From Neptuniibacter sp. PT8_73 (GTDB taxonomy: Bacteria > Pseudomonadota > Gammaproteobacteria > Pseudomonadales > Balneatricaceae): a stretch of DNA of 64,000 nt. The notes beneath the pieces are model-generated. The model did not search any database. It was not told the origin of the DNA and was given only the letters and a program-made list of their open reading frames with translations. The DNA lies in the NCBI RefSeq assembly GCF_047778045.1, contig NZ_CP180545.1:1649480-1713479 (forward strand). Direction: 5' to 3'. The position numbers and the translations under genes are program-made. This document shows, one piece after another, positions 39,973-50,669 of the stretch; the first letter of the stretch is position 1, and every line of letters begins with the position of its first letter.

Positions 39973-41157
39973 TTAATCGTCTGCGTCGTCCTGATCAAAC
40001 CGGGTCATAAGGTCACGCAAAAGACCGAAGTTATCATCCAGTTTGCTCTGGGATTCTTCATCAGCATCTTTGTAGCGGATATCTTGATGAATCAAGCTGT
40101 CCAATAGATCTACCCCGAATAATGAACTGTCTTCTAGGAACGCCATGGCTGGGTTAGCAACCAAGTTATCGAAGTTGTTCATCATCTGGCCTAAGTGACG
40201 GCCATTATTGCCTAATGGGTTGTCTAGTTGTTGAACTTGCTCATAAGCAGCTACCGCTGAGTAACTTGCTGATTGAGTCATAGTTACATTCAAGTTCATC
40301 AACTCGGATTTGTCCATTTCAAATTCAGCTGCTTGTTCAAAAGCGTCTTGAACATCACCGCTGAAGAAGTCTTCGGCAATAAGGTTGATATCCTGAATTA
40401 GGGTTGTCAGCGCGTCTAACTCGTCTTCGTTAAGATCGCCTTCAACGCTAAAGCTATAGCTACTGCTGGCGCTACGTTCAAGGCCGAAAGATACAGCGCT
40501 ACTGTTACCATCAGAGTAAGCGCCTAAAGAGGCTGTTTGACTTGCCTCGCTGTTGAAACGTATTGAAACTTTGTCCCCTTCCTGTGTCATGACATCAAGG
40601 GAGAAAGACTCAGCTTTTGAGTAACGTTCAGCAGCAGAGATAGAAGTCTGGCGTGTGGACGCTGTTTCGTTGGTAGGCGCAAGGCCGGCCAGCGCTTCGA
40701 ACGTCAGATCTTTGGTTTGCTCGATTGTCGCGGAGATATCAGGGGTTAGCATGTTGAGATCTTCTAGAATCTCAGTTGCTTCTTTAAAGCCTTTTTCTAC
40801 GCCTGAAACGGCCGCTTTATACATACGGTCTAGGTCGGCATCAGACGCACCGCGGGCACGGGCTTGTTCAAGACCTTGTGCTACAAAATCAGAGATACGT
40901 GATGCAACTTTTTCCGGAGAGTAGTCATTTGCGTCGAGACTTTTCATCTCTGACACGCTCATGCCCGGAATGTTTTCTGCTAGTTTGGCTACTAACTTAT
41001 CTGCCGCAGATGCAGAACGACCGTTGCTATCTTTACCATCAGCAAACCCGCCCGTAACCAGTGTTTCCTGGCGAACCTGAGAGTAGGCTGCTTGGCTGCT
41101 TAATAGAACTTGCACGGTGTTTTCCTCCACAGACAAAAAAGGATCAAATGATCCCAT
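39973..41157 (-). CDS. highly acidic cytoplasmic hypothetical protein
   Basis: 394 aa, Asp/Glu-rich with a C-terminal 'DQDDADD'. No transmembrane segment or signal peptide. No recognisable motif. Confidence 0.4.
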   Translation of the reverse strand: MGSFDPFLSVEENTVQVLLSSQAAYSQVRQETLVTGGFADGKDSNGRSASAADKLVAKLAENIPGMSVSEMKSLDANDYSPEKVASRISDFVAQGLEQARARGASDADLDRMYKAAVSGVEKGFKEATEILEDLNMLTPDISATIEQTKDLTFEALAGLAPTNETASTRQTSISAAERYSKAESFSLDVMTQEGDKVSIRFNSEASQTASLGAYSDGNSSAVSFGLERSASSSYSFSVEGDLNEDELDALTTLIQDINLIAEDFFSGDVQDAFEQAAEFEMDKSELMNLNVTMTQSASYSAVAAYEQVQQLDNPLGNNGRHLGQMMNNFDNLVANPAMAFLEDSSLFGVDLLDSLIHQDIRYKDADEESQSKLDDNFGLLRDLMTRFDQDDADD

Positions 41158-41273
41158 TGTTTTAGTTGTACTACTAAATATAAGAGGGTTATCGACGTTT
41201 TGTTGAGAGACTTTAATAAAAAGCGTATCTGATGAAATTGTTTCATCTAAAGGTTAGAGGGAAGAAGTAAAAA

Positions 41274-43259
41274 CTATTTCCCATCTAGGATGATCGATTC
41301 AGCAATTTCAATCTTATCGTTAGGTCCTTGAAGGATGATGATATCGCCCTGTTGGATATGAGTGTCACCACTTGGACTGTGTTCAGATTGATCTCCGCGG
41401 CGGATCATTGCAACAGAGACTTGGTGCTTTGATAAAGGTATATCCCGTAAAGTTTTGCCTATCGACTTGCAGTTATTTTCAATTTGAACGGGATGAAGTA
41501 TCTCTTTCATTCGGCCTTTACTATCAATTTTTTCGGAATGCTGGCCGTGATAGTAGCCATGTAGGAGGTTGTACCTTTCTGCGCGCACTTGATTGATTTG
41601 TTGTTCAATCTGTTGATGGTTGATACCCAGCATTGATAACACATGGGACACCATCATTAAGCTGCCTTCCAATGCTTCTGGGATAATTTCGGTTGCTCCA
41701 GCATTTTGAAATGCTTCGATCTGAGAATCATCACGTGTTCTGACTAAAATGGGCAGTGTTAAAAAGCGGGTGCGGATATGCTTGAGTGCTTGCATTGCTG
41801 TCTCCGCTTCCGGAAAGCTGAGGATCAACATGCGGGCACGATCAGCGCCAACAGCGGCCATCACATCATCACGTTTGGCATCGCCAAAACATATGTGTTC
41901 ACCTGCTGTTGCGGCTTCCATAACCCTTACCGGGTCATTATCTACGACAATGTAAGGGATGTTTGCTTGGTCTAAGAAGCGCGCGATGATCTGACCCACA
42001 CGGCCAAAGCCACAGATAATCACATGTTTATCTAAACTATGCGGATTTAGTTGGCTGGCATCAGGCAATTTCTGTTGTGGCGATTCAATTGGATCATCTT
42101 TGTGCAACCAACGACTCAGACTATAAGTGTGGTTCATCAAAATTGGTGTGACGATCATGCTGATAATGATCGTGGAAACAACAATAGTGTTGATATCAGG
42201 CTCGATCAGATTATTACCTAAGGCTAAGGCCAATAAGGCAAACCCAAATTCACCACCTTGGCTAAGACTGAGGCCAGCTCTTAAGGCATTTACCGGGTCT
42301 TTATGCAGTAGCGTACCGAGCAGGGTAATAATAAAAGTTTTTAATAGGATTAAGCTGACACTGAACAGGATAATCCAATACCAGCTATCGATCAGCGCAG
42401 ACAGATCTAATTGCATTCCTACAGAGACAAAGAATAGTCCCAATAGTACATCTCTGAATGGGCGTATATCGGCTTCTAATTGATATCTGTAACGGCTCTC
42501 ACCCAACATCATGCCTGCTAAGAATCCACCGAGAGCCATCGATAAACCTGCAGCGTGAGTAATCCAAGCGGCCAAAAGGGCAGCCGCCAGTGTAGTAAGA
42601 ACAAACACATCGCTGGAGCCGCTACGTGCGGATTCATGGAACAGCAATGGCATCACAATATGGCCAACCAGCAATAGGATAATGAGTAGTGTTGAGCCCT
42701 CAAGTAGCATCAAGGCTACTTCGGCACTGTCTATCTCTGTTGCAGAACTACTCAGTGTCGGGACAACAATCAGGAAGAATACAGCCGCTAAATCTTGGAA
42801 AATTAATGTGCCGACTGAAAGCTGGCCATGAGGACTATTGAGTTCGTCACGCTGAATCAGCTCGCGGCTTACAATCGCTGTAGAGGATAAGGCAAGCGCA
42901 CCGGCGATAACTAAAGAGGTGGTTTGCGGAAGGCCAAAAAGATGGCAGATTGCCATCAAACAGGCAGCGGTGATAATGACCTGCAAACTACCCAGACCAA
43001 ATACAGCCTTGCGCATGGCAAACATACGCGAGACCGAGAACTCTAAGCCGAGCATAAAGAGTAAAAATACAACCCCTAGTTCACTGAGTAGCTCAATGCT
43101 ATGGGTGTCTTTGATGACCCCTAAACTATAAGGGCCTACGATAGCGCCAACACTTAAGTAGGCTAGGAGAGGTGGGAGCTTGATGCGCCGAAACAGGGTT
43201 GTGGCAACAACGGCACAACATAAAATGACCAAAAATTGCTCGAAAAAACCCTGTGACAT
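41274..43259 (-). CDS. CPA2-family K+/H+ antiporter with TrkA-N/TrkA-C (KefB/YbaL-like)
   Basis: 661 aa. Na_H exchanger membrane domain, Rossmann 'VIICGFGRVGQ', C-terminal TrkA-C. Confidence 0.8.
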   Translation of the reverse strand: MSQGFFEQFLVILCCAVVATTLFRRIKLPPLLAYLSVGAIVGPYSLGVIKDTHSIELLSELGVVFLLFMLGLEFSVSRMFAMRKAVFGLGSLQVIITAACLMAICHLFGLPQTTSLVIAGALALSSTAIVSRELIQRDELNSPHGQLSVGTLIFQDLAAVFFLIVVPTLSSSATEIDSAEVALMLLEGSTLLIILLLVGHIVMPLLFHESARSGSSDVFVLTTLAAALLAAWITHAAGLSMALGGFLAGMMLGESRYRYQLEADIRPFRDVLLGLFFVSVGMQLDLSALIDSWYWIILFSVSLILLKTFIITLLGTLLHKDPVNALRAGLSLSQGGEFGFALLALALGNNLIEPDINTIVVSTIIISMIVTPILMNHTYSLSRWLHKDDPIESPQQKLPDASQLNPHSLDKHVIICGFGRVGQIIARFLDQANIPYIVVDNDPVRVMEAATAGEHICFGDAKRDDVMAAVGADRARMLILSFPEAETAMQALKHIRTRFLTLPILVRTRDDSQIEAFQNAGATEIIPEALEGSLMMVSHVLSMLGINHQQIEQQINQVRAERYNLLHGYYHGQHSEKIDSKGRMKEILHPVQIENNCKSIGKTLRDIPLSKHQVSVAMIRRGDQSEHSPSGDTHIQQGDIIILQGPNDKIEIAESIILDGK

Positions 43260-43300
43260 GCGTTTCCCTTACTACATGAAGACGCTTTTGATGTTCTGAG

Positions 43301-43858
43301 TTACCACATCAGGTCGTCTGGAATCTTATAATCCGCGTACGGATCATCTTCTTCTGGTTCTTCTTCCGGCTGAACGCGGATAACGTAATTAGGCAGACGT
43401 TGTTCAATTTTCTCTGCAAATTTATCCGGGATCAGATAAAACTTCTCATCTAACACCGCGATCGCTACTTGACCGCGGAATAGTTGTCCTTGAATCAGCG
43501 AAGTTACGTACATAGTTTTAACTTTATTATCGTATACAAAGTTGTAACTAACTTCGGCATCTTCTGGCAGCTCGATCCGTTGCTGTATGATCATCTGACG
43601 GCACTGCGCTTCAATCTCTTTGTTGCGGCGCTCTTCGTCTCGTTGACGATTTAGTTCACGATCATGCGCTTGCTTAGCTTTACGCTGCTCTTCTAGCGCC
43701 TGCTTTTTCTCAGCTTGCGTATCAACAACTTGCTGGCCCGATTTACGTGCCTTTTTAGCTTTTTTGTTTTGCTTACGCTTTTCAGTATCTGCTTGCTTCG
43801 CTTTTTTCTGGTCAACCAGTCCCATATTTAGCAACTGATCTTTAAGTGAACCTGCCAT
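43301..43858 (-). CDS. DUF2058 (YaiL-like) family protein
   Basis: 185 aa, N-terminal 'MAGSLKDQLLNMGLVD', Lys/Arg/Glu-rich middle region. Confidence 0.5.
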   Translation of the reverse strand: MAGSLKDQLLNMGLVDQKKAKQADTEKRKQNKKAKKARKSGQQVVDTQAEKKQALEEQRKAKQAHDRELNRQRDEERRNKEIEAQCRQMIIQQRIELPEDAEVSYNFVYDNKVKTMYVTSLIQGQLFRGQVAIAVLDEKFYLIPDKFAEKIEQRLPNYVIRVQPEEEPEEDDPYADYKIPDDLMW

Positions 43859-43890
43859 AACTTACTCGTAATACTCCTGTGGGTTATTTA

Positions 43891-44153
43891 GAAACCTGCG
43901 AATAAGTCTCATACTTTCTCAGTGGGCTATAAAACGACCAGATACGCGAAAGTCAGTGCAGCGAAATGTCTGGCCCTTTTCAAGCTGACTGACAAAGTAG
44001 ATGGTCGTTTTAGAGCTCACGCTACGGGGCTTACAGAGCAACCGAATCACTTTGTTAATGATTTTCGACAGGCAACCAGCATGCCTGTAATCATTGCCTC
44101 GTGCTTCGATTGCTCTGTAAGCCTGAGTCGTATATGACTTATTCGCAGGTTCC
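43891..44153. repeat. 24-bp imperfect inverted repeats (21/24) bracketing about 215 bp. Candidate MITE or structured RNA.
   Basis: GAAACCTGCGAATAAGTCTCATAC at 43891-43914 and its reverse complement GTATATGACTTATTCGCAGGTTCC at 44130-44153. There are internal sub-palindromes (aaaacgacca / tggtcgtttt). Confidence 0.35.
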
Positions 44154-44291
44154 TGAGGAAACTATAACAAAAGTTCACGCTACTATTTAAAAAATAACGG
44201 AAAATAGGACAAATCTATTAGGAATATCACTTGTTCACCTATGGGCTAAAGCGTACCCTGCACCTGCAATCATTTTATAGCTGGATTTTTT

Positions 44292-45284
44292 ATGTCTGAA
44301 CATGACCTAACACACCCTTTTGAACGGTTAACGCCATCTTTTTTGATGGATGCGGTTGAGAGCCAAGGGCATTGGTGTGATGGTCGTACGTTTCCTCTGA
44401 ATAGTTACGAGAACCGTGTTTATCAGGTGGGGATAGAAGATCAAGAGCCGATGATTGCCAAGTTCTATCGCCCTCAACGTTGGAGTCGAGAGCAGATTCT
44501 AGAAGAGCATGAGTTTAGTTTCGATTTAGCGGAGCAATCTCTGCCTGCTGTGACCCCTTGGCGTAATGAAAAGGGGGAAACCCTGTTTGATTATGAAGGG
44601 TTTATGTTCGCTTTGTTTCCTCGCAGAGGAGGGCATGCTCCTGAACTCGATAACCTTGATAATCTTTTTACGCTAGGCCGTTTATTGGGCCGCATGCATC
44701 TGGTGGGCGCTTCGAAAAAGTTTGATCACCGACCGACTTTGACCAGCCAAACGTTTGGTCATGACAGCGTTGCATTCTTAAGTGATCGCTTTATTCCGGC
44801 TGAACTTAAACCCGCCTATGATTCTGTTGCTAGAGATTTACTGCAGGGTGTAGATGAGATTTTAAAAGCTTGTGGTGAGATAGAACATATTCGTGTCCAT
44901 GGTGATTGTCACTCTGGCAACATGCTATGGCGTGATGATGCTCCTCACTTTGTCGATTTCGATGATGCCCGGATGGCACCAGCGATGCAGGATATTTGGA
45001 TGCTGCTTTCTGGTGATCGTAACGAACAGACGCTGCAGTTATCTGAAATAGTTGATGGCTACAATGAGTTTTACGATTTTAAACTCAAAGAACTACGCTT
45101 GATCGAAGTCCTTCGCAGTTTGCGAATTTTGCACTACAGCGCATGGCTTGGCCGCCGCTGGGAAGATCCAGCATTTCCTCATAGCTTTAGTTGGTTTAAT
45201 ACGGAGCGTTATTGGGGTGAGCATATTTTGCAACTGCGTGAGCAATTGGCGTTGCTAGATGAAGAGCCTTTAAAGCTTCTATAA
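44292..45284 (+). CDS. srkA: stress-response Ser/Thr kinase SrkA (RdoA/YihE)
   Basis: Strong similarity to E. coli YihE throughout ('LNSYENRVYQ', 'HGDCHSGNMLWRD', 'PAFPHSFSWF'). Confidence 0.8.
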   Translation: MSEHDLTHPFERLTPSFLMDAVESQGHWCDGRTFPLNSYENRVYQVGIEDQEPMIAKFYRPQRWSREQILEEHEFSFDLAEQSLPAVTPWRNEKGETLFDYEGFMFALFPRRGGHAPELDNLDNLFTLGRLLGRMHLVGASKKFDHRPTLTSQTFGHDSVAFLSDRFIPAELKPAYDSVARDLLQGVDEILKACGEIEHIRVHGDCHSGNMLWRDDAPHFVDFDDARMAPAMQDIWMLLSGDRNEQTLQLSEIVDGYNEFYDFKLKELRLIEVLRSLRILHYSAWLGRRWEDPAFPHSFSWFNTERYWGEHILQLREQLALLDEEPLKLL

Positions 45285-45301
45285 AAGTGGATCTGAAAGT
45301 A

Positions 45302-46708
45302 CTAAAGCTGCTTAGCGGTAACGACTATATTTCGACCGCGGTCTTTAGCTAAGAAAAGGGCATCGTCGGCACCACTAACAAGTTGGTCGTAATTGGCGTA
45401 TTGAGCATCCAAAGTTGCACAGCCTAAGCTTGCTGAAAGAGCATAGTATGAGCTGCGAAGCTTTACTTTTGTATTTAGTGCTTTTCTAATTCTTTCTGCA
45501 CAAACTTGAGTGTCAGCCTCGTCGCTATGAGGTAACAAAACAATAAACTCTTCGCCACCATAACGTGCTGCAATATCTCCAACTCTTAACATTGATTCGA
45601 TTATCTTGGCCGACTTTTGAAGCACATAATCACCTGCTTGATGCCCATAGTTATCATTAATCTGCTTAAAAAAATCTAAGTCGATCATGATGATCGATAA
45701 AGGTAGTTGATATCTTTGTGCTCGATGTATTTCTGTATCTGCTAGTTCTCTGAAATGCTGCCTATTAAAGAGTGATGTAAGGGGGTCACTAATCGAGCGT
45801 TGATAAGTTTTGTTTAATAGGCTGCACGTAAAACCGCTGAGTAAACCGAGAATCAGAGAGCCTAGGGTTGCCCAACCAGTTAAATATGACATCGGTATGC
45901 CATGCACATGCTCATCATTATCAAGTCGCGCTGAAAGTTGCCAAAAACCACCGGGTACCTCTATGAAGCCGCTAAGGTATTCATCTTCAAATACTGATGT
46001 AGAACCGAAAAAGACGTCCCCTTGCTTGCCTTTGGCGTCACTTCCACGGATAGCATAAGTTGCAAGTTCATCGCTTAAAGCTAACCCAGTCTCTTTGAAT
46101 ATTCGATCTAAATCTATGATGAGGGTAATGAACCCCCAGAATTTAGTTTCTGTATCTTCTCGGTTGTAAAGGGGTTGTCTGGCAATGACTCCTCTTCCTC
46201 CTTGAATTAGATCTAATGGACCTGCCATGATCATCTCTTTCATTGCTATAGATCGCTCGACGACTTCTCTTTGTTCGGGGATTTTTCGTAGGTTTAATCC
46301 AATCACTTTATTGCCATCAATGATGGGGTAAATGTGCTTAACGATTGCATCGGGAGCCAATTGAGCTTGTCGAATGGTTGTTCTAGTGGACAAAAACCGT
46401 GTGGCCAAAACCTGAAAGTCGTTTTCATCTATATCGTTTTGTAGCAAAAGTAGTGATTCCAAAGCTTCGATAATGATGAGGTTGTCATCCAGCGCGAGCT
46501 GAATGCGCGAAGTGAGATAATTGATTCTAGCTTCAACCTGCGCTTTATCTTGTTGATCATGGATATTGTGATCTAATTTAACCAGCCATCCAGTAGTAAC
46601 AAATGCACATGCGGTGACGATTAGACCGACCAGCCAAGGTAAACAAAATCGAAGTGTAAATTTCCGCATGCTCTGAACACACCACTGCAAATTTCGGTGA
46701 ATATACAT
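45302..46708 (-). CDS. diguanylate cyclase (periplasmic sensor plus GGDEF)
   Basis: Two transmembrane segments flanking a periplasmic domain. C-terminal GGDEF with an intact 'RYGGEEF' active site. Confidence 0.8.
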   Translation of the reverse strand: MYIHRNLQWCVQSMRKFTLRFCLPWLVGLIVTACAFVTTGWLVKLDHNIHDQQDKAQVEARINYLTSRIQLALDDNLIIIEALESLLLLQNDIDENDFQVLATRFLSTRTTIRQAQLAPDAIVKHIYPIIDGNKVIGLNLRKIPEQREVVERSIAMKEMIMAGPLDLIQGGRGVIARQPLYNREDTETKFWGFITLIIDLDRIFKETGLALSDELATYAIRGSDAKGKQGDVFFGSTSVFEDEYLSGFIEVPGGFWQLSARLDNDEHVHGIPMSYLTGWATLGSLILGLLSGFTCSLLNKTYQRSISDPLTSLFNRQHFRELADTEIHRAQRYQLPLSIIMIDLDFFKQINDNYGHQAGDYVLQKSAKIIESMLRVGDIAARYGGEEFIVLLPHSDEADTQVCAERIRKALNTKVKLRSSYYALSASLGCATLDAQYANYDQLVSGADDALFLAKDRGRNIVVTAKQL

Positions 46709-46785
46709 AAGCGTAGCTGTTTTTTCTGGAATGACAGGAGTGTTTAGATTACTCTTAAGCTGTTTTTATATACAGTACTTTGAGT

Positions 46786-48711
46786 ATGCGTTTATTCATA
46801 GCCGAAAAGCCAAGTTTAGGTAGGGCCATTGCAGATGTGTTGCCTAAGCCATTAAAAAAAGAAGATGGTTGTATTCGTGCCGCAAATGGTGATGTGGTTA
46901 GTTGGTGTTTTGGTCATCTTTTGGAGTTAGCTGAGCCAAGTGAATATGACCCTCGCTTTAAACAATGGAATCTGCAACACCTTCCCATTATCCCTTCTGA
47001 ATGGAAGATGCAGGCTAAGCCAAAAACGCGTAAGCAGATAGCGTTACTAAGAAAACTCTGTAAAGAGGCTGAAGAGCTTGTTCATGCAGGCGATCCTGAT
47101 CGTGAAGGGCAACTGCTGGTTGATGAAGTAATCGACTTTCTGAAACTGCCCCAGTATAAGCGCCAAAGCATGAAACGCTGCCTGATCAGCGACCTCAACC
47201 CAAGTGCTGTGAAAAAAGCGATTGCGCAGTTAAGAGATAACCGTGAGTTTATTCCTCTTTCTGTATCAGCTTTGGCGCGGAGTCGAGCAGATTGGCTTTA
47301 CGGTATTAATCTAACTCGTGCATATACGTTGCAAGGGCAATCAGCAGGCTATCAAGGGGTTTTATCAGTTGGAAGGGTGCAGACACCGGTACTGGGATTG
47401 GTGGTAAGACGTGATCAGGCGATCGATGACTTCAAAGCAAAACCATTTTATGAAGTTCTAGCTCATCTCAAGACAGATACCGAAGATAGATTTAAAGCTA
47501 AATGGCAGCCGAGTGAAGCTTGTCAAAAATGGCAAGATGAAGAGGGGCGAGTTCTCTCTAGACCATTAGCGGAAAACGTTGCTGGGCGCATTACAGCTAA
47601 ACCCGGTGAAGTAACTGCTTTAGATAAAAAGCCTAAAAAGGCTGGAGCACCACTTCCTTACAATTTATCTGCATTGCAGATTGATGCGAACAAGCGTTTT
47701 GCTTTAAATGCTCAGCAAGTTCTGGATACCTGCCAAAGTTTGTATGAAAAACACAAACTGATTACTTATCCGCGTTCGGACTGTCGCTACTTGCCCCATG
47801 GGCATTTTGCTGAGGCTACAAAAGTGTCTTCAGCAATTTTTAATCATTGCCCGCAATTTCAGCAGCATCAGAGCCAGATTGATTTAAGCAAAAAAGGGAA
47901 GGCTTGGAACGATCGTAAAGTTGAAGCCCATCATGCGATTATTCCGACCAGCAAAACCGTAGACTTTTCTCGTCTTAATAAAACTGAGCAGCAAGTGTAT
48001 GAGCTGGTGGCTAGACAGTATCTGATCCAGTTTATGCCAGATCATCGCTATTCAGAAACACGAGTCGAGGTGTTGATTGAAGGCGGTAGGTTTACTGCTT
48101 CCGCTAAACAAGTACTAGATGTCGGCTGGAAGGTCCTGTTTGGTAAAAAAGAGGGCGAAGACGATCAAGCACAACTACCGAATCTCACTGTGGGGCAGAT
48201 GCTTTATTGTGAGCAAGGTGAGATATTAGATAAAGAAACCCAGCCACCTAAACCTTTTACCGACGCTACGCTTTTAGCAGCCATGACAGGTATTGCGCGA
48301 TTTGTTGAAGATGCAGATGTTAAAAAGGTGCTTAAGGAAACCGATGGCTTAGGTACTGAAGCGACAAGAGCAGGCATCATTGAATTACTGTTTAAACGTG
48401 GTTTCTTGCAGCGACAGGGTAAAACCATTCGCAGCACCGAAGCAGGCAGAGCGCTAATAAATAGTCTCCCAGATAACACGAGTAAGCCTGATATGACTGC
48501 CCGTTGGGAGGCTTCATTGAATGATATCAGTGAGCAGAAGTTAAATTATCAAACATTTATGCAGCCTTTAACTGATGAGATCTCTTTGATGATTCAGAAG
48601 GCGAGTAGTATGGATGTGCAACTGCTACGTAATATCAAACAACAGCCGAAACCTGCTTATAAGAAAACACGTAGAAGGAAGGCCAAACCCAAGGCTAAAT
48701 CCAAAGCTTAA
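46786..48711 (+). CDS. topB: DNA topoisomerase III
   Basis: 'MRLFIAEKPSLGRAIADVLP' matches the E. coli TopB N-terminus. Toprim and Topo IA domains. Lys-rich C-terminus. The track start 46780 is a TTG two codons earlier. Confidence 0.85.
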   Translation: MRLFIAEKPSLGRAIADVLPKPLKKEDGCIRAANGDVVSWCFGHLLELAEPSEYDPRFKQWNLQHLPIIPSEWKMQAKPKTRKQIALLRKLCKEAEELVHAGDPDREGQLLVDEVIDFLKLPQYKRQSMKRCLISDLNPSAVKKAIAQLRDNREFIPLSVSALARSRADWLYGINLTRAYTLQGQSAGYQGVLSVGRVQTPVLGLVVRRDQAIDDFKAKPFYEVLAHLKTDTEDRFKAKWQPSEACQKWQDEEGRVLSRPLAENVAGRITAKPGEVTALDKKPKKAGAPLPYNLSALQIDANKRFALNAQQVLDTCQSLYEKHKLITYPRSDCRYLPHGHFAEATKVSSAIFNHCPQFQQHQSQIDLSKKGKAWNDRKVEAHHAIIPTSKTVDFSRLNKTEQQVYELVARQYLIQFMPDHRYSETRVEVLIEGGRFTASAKQVLDVGWKVLFGKKEGEDDQAQLPNLTVGQMLYCEQGEILDKETQPPKPFTDATLLAAMTGIARFVEDADVKKVLKETDGLGTEATRAGIIELLFKRGFLQRQGKTIRSTEAGRALINSLPDNTSKPDMTARWEASLNDISEQKLNYQTFMQPLTDEISLMIQKASSMDVQLLRNIKQQPKPAYKKTRRRKAKPKAKSKA

Positions 48712-48852
48712 GGTGAATAAAGCTATCTAGTTGGCAGTTAATCTATTTAGGGTTTATCTCAATATCTTGTGCTCGATATATCTCATATAATGACGCTTTT
48801 ATGTAAGTCATTCACTTCTGATGAACTAAGTATTGGAAGCGCAGGGTAATAT

Positions 48853-49716
48853 ATGGAACTTCTCTCACTCAAAACCTTTAAATACGTAGTTGAATTCGGT
48901 GGCGTTCAAGCGGCATCGAAAGAGCTACATACTGTTCAATCTAACGTCACCGCACGGATTAAAAGATTGGAAGAAGAGATAGGTTCGCCCCTGTTTTATC
49001 GTAAAGGGCGCAAACTTGAGCTGACTCCAACCGGTTATACCTTGATGGATTACGCCAACCAATTGCTACAGCTGGAGCATCAGGCGAGTATCGCGGTTAA
49101 GCAAGTAGGTGAAGCGACAGGGGAGATTCGGATTGGATCTATGGAATCTTTTGCCGCGGTTCGTATGCCTGGCTTGATCCAATCTCTACGAAAAAAACAC
49201 CCTAATCTGTTACCTAGGGTGCAAACAGAAACCAGTGGTCAATTGATAGAATCTGTTCTTAATTACAAACTTGATTGTGCCTTTGTCGGTGGGCCTGTAC
49301 AGCACAAGGATCTTGTTTGTCGTCAGGTGTTGATGGAAGAGCTGGTTTTGGCCACTGCGAAAGGAGTGGATGTTCCAGACTCGTTAATCATGTTCAGACA
49401 AGGCTGTGCGTACAGAGATAAGGCTCTAAATTGGCTACGTGATAACGGCAGATTAGACACTGAGGTGTTAGATATGGGAACTCAAGAAGGGATCTTGGGT
49501 TGTGTGGCTGTAGGTTTAGGTTTTACCTTAGTGCCTAGGAAAGTTGCAGAAGAGTCGAGGTATGCAAAAGATTTAAACCTCGAGGTGCTTGATGATCAGT
49601 TTAGCCAGATACCTACAATTATGATTACGCATAAAAACGCAATTGATATGGTAGGTATAGATACCTTGCTAGCGCTGTTTGATGGTAAACCACCTGAGTG
49701 GGAATCAGCTGCTTAA
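48853..49716 (+). CDS. LysR-family transcriptional regulator
   Basis: HTH 'VQAASKELHTVQSNVTARIKRLE', paralogous to the LysR gene at 15516. Confidence 0.7.
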   Translation: MELLSLKTFKYVVEFGGVQAASKELHTVQSNVTARIKRLEEEIGSPLFYRKGRKLELTPTGYTLMDYANQLLQLEHQASIAVKQVGEATGEIRIGSMESFAAVRMPGLIQSLRKKHPNLLPRVQTETSGQLIESVLNYKLDCAFVGGPVQHKDLVCRQVLMEELVLATAKGVDVPDSLIMFRQGCAYRDKALNWLRDNGRLDTEVLDMGTQEGILGCVAVGLGFTLVPRKVAEESRYAKDLNLEVLDDQFSQIPTIMITHKNAIDMVGIDTLLALFDGKPPEWESAA

Positions 49717-49724
49717 TTAAGTTG

Positions 49725-50615
49725 CTATTTAAGCCAAGGATGGGCTTTTAGATTTTCAACAACATGGTCTAGGAATAAACGGACCTTAGGATTAAGGTTT
49801 TTGCGGCTAGGGTAGAGCGCATGGATACCTACAGTAGGTACCTTATAATCGGCTAATACTTCTTTTATCTCACCCGACTCCAGTTCATCAATACAGAATG
49901 CTTTCGGTAAGCGAGCAATGCCAAGGTTGCGTTTAAGCATCTCCAGGCTGAAGCTCAAGCTATTCGCACGTAAACGGAAGTTAATGGAAATTGCTTTACC
50001 TTCATTCCAGTTTTCAAAGACCCATTCATTGGAGTTTAGATGAGTACCGATACATTGATGTTCTTTTAAATCGTCCGGAGTTAGTGGTTCACCAAAGCGA
50101 TCGATATAGGCTTGGCTGGCATATAACTTAGAAGACGCATTGGCGATCTTACGCCCTACGAGACTCGAGTCATCTAAATTTCCTACACGCAGTGCTAAGT
50201 CGATACCTTCTTGGACTAGATCGACGACACGAGGGCTGAGCTCTATATCGATCTGAATGAGCGGGTACTTCTCCATAAAGCTGGAAATCAGGTCATTCAT
50301 AATGAATATCCCAATTTCAGGCGGCATGGTAATACGTAACCGACCCTTGGGCTCACCTTGAGTGGAAGTTACGTGATTCTCGATATCTTCTAGTTCAGAA
50401 AAAAGGGGCAGGCAGCGTTCGTAGAAGTTTTGGCCGTCAGCCGTGAGGTTTAACTTACGAGTCGTACGTTGTAAAAGTCTTAAACCTAAGTCATCTTCAA
50501 GCTGGGTGATACGTCGGCTTATGGTCGATTTTTGAATGCCTAATTTATCCGCAGCTGCGGTAAATCCATTGTGCTCAATAACCTGAATAAACAAACGGAC
50601 ATCGTTAAGATTCAT
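49725..50615 (-). CDS. LysR-family transcriptional regulator
   Basis: HTH 'FTAAADKLGIQKSTISRRITQLE' followed by a LysR substrate-binding domain. Confidence 0.75.
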   Translation of the reverse strand: MNLNDVRLFIQVIEHNGFTAAADKLGIQKSTISRRITQLEDDLGLRLLQRTTRKLNLTADGQNFYERCLPLFSELEDIENHVTSTQGEPKGRLRITMPPEIGIFIMNDLISSFMEKYPLIQIDIELSPRVVDLVQEGIDLALRVGNLDDSSLVGRKIANASSKLYASQAYIDRFGEPLTPDDLKEHQCIGTHLNSNEWVFENWNEGKAISINFRLRANSLSFSLEMLKRNLGIARLPKAFCIDELESGEIKEVLADYKVPTVGIHALYPSRKNLNPKVRLFLDHVVENLKAHPWLK

Positions 50616-50669
50616 AGACAGCTACAACTACGTAAGATTACTTGAGGTCAGTTTGATATAACTCAGAAT

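Noticed and set aside
43922-44137. 71-aa ORF in the DUF2058–srkA intergenic region.
   Set aside because: It has no RBS and lies entirely inside the inverted-repeat element. It is more likely non-coding, and I report the region as a repeat or ncRNA candidate instead.
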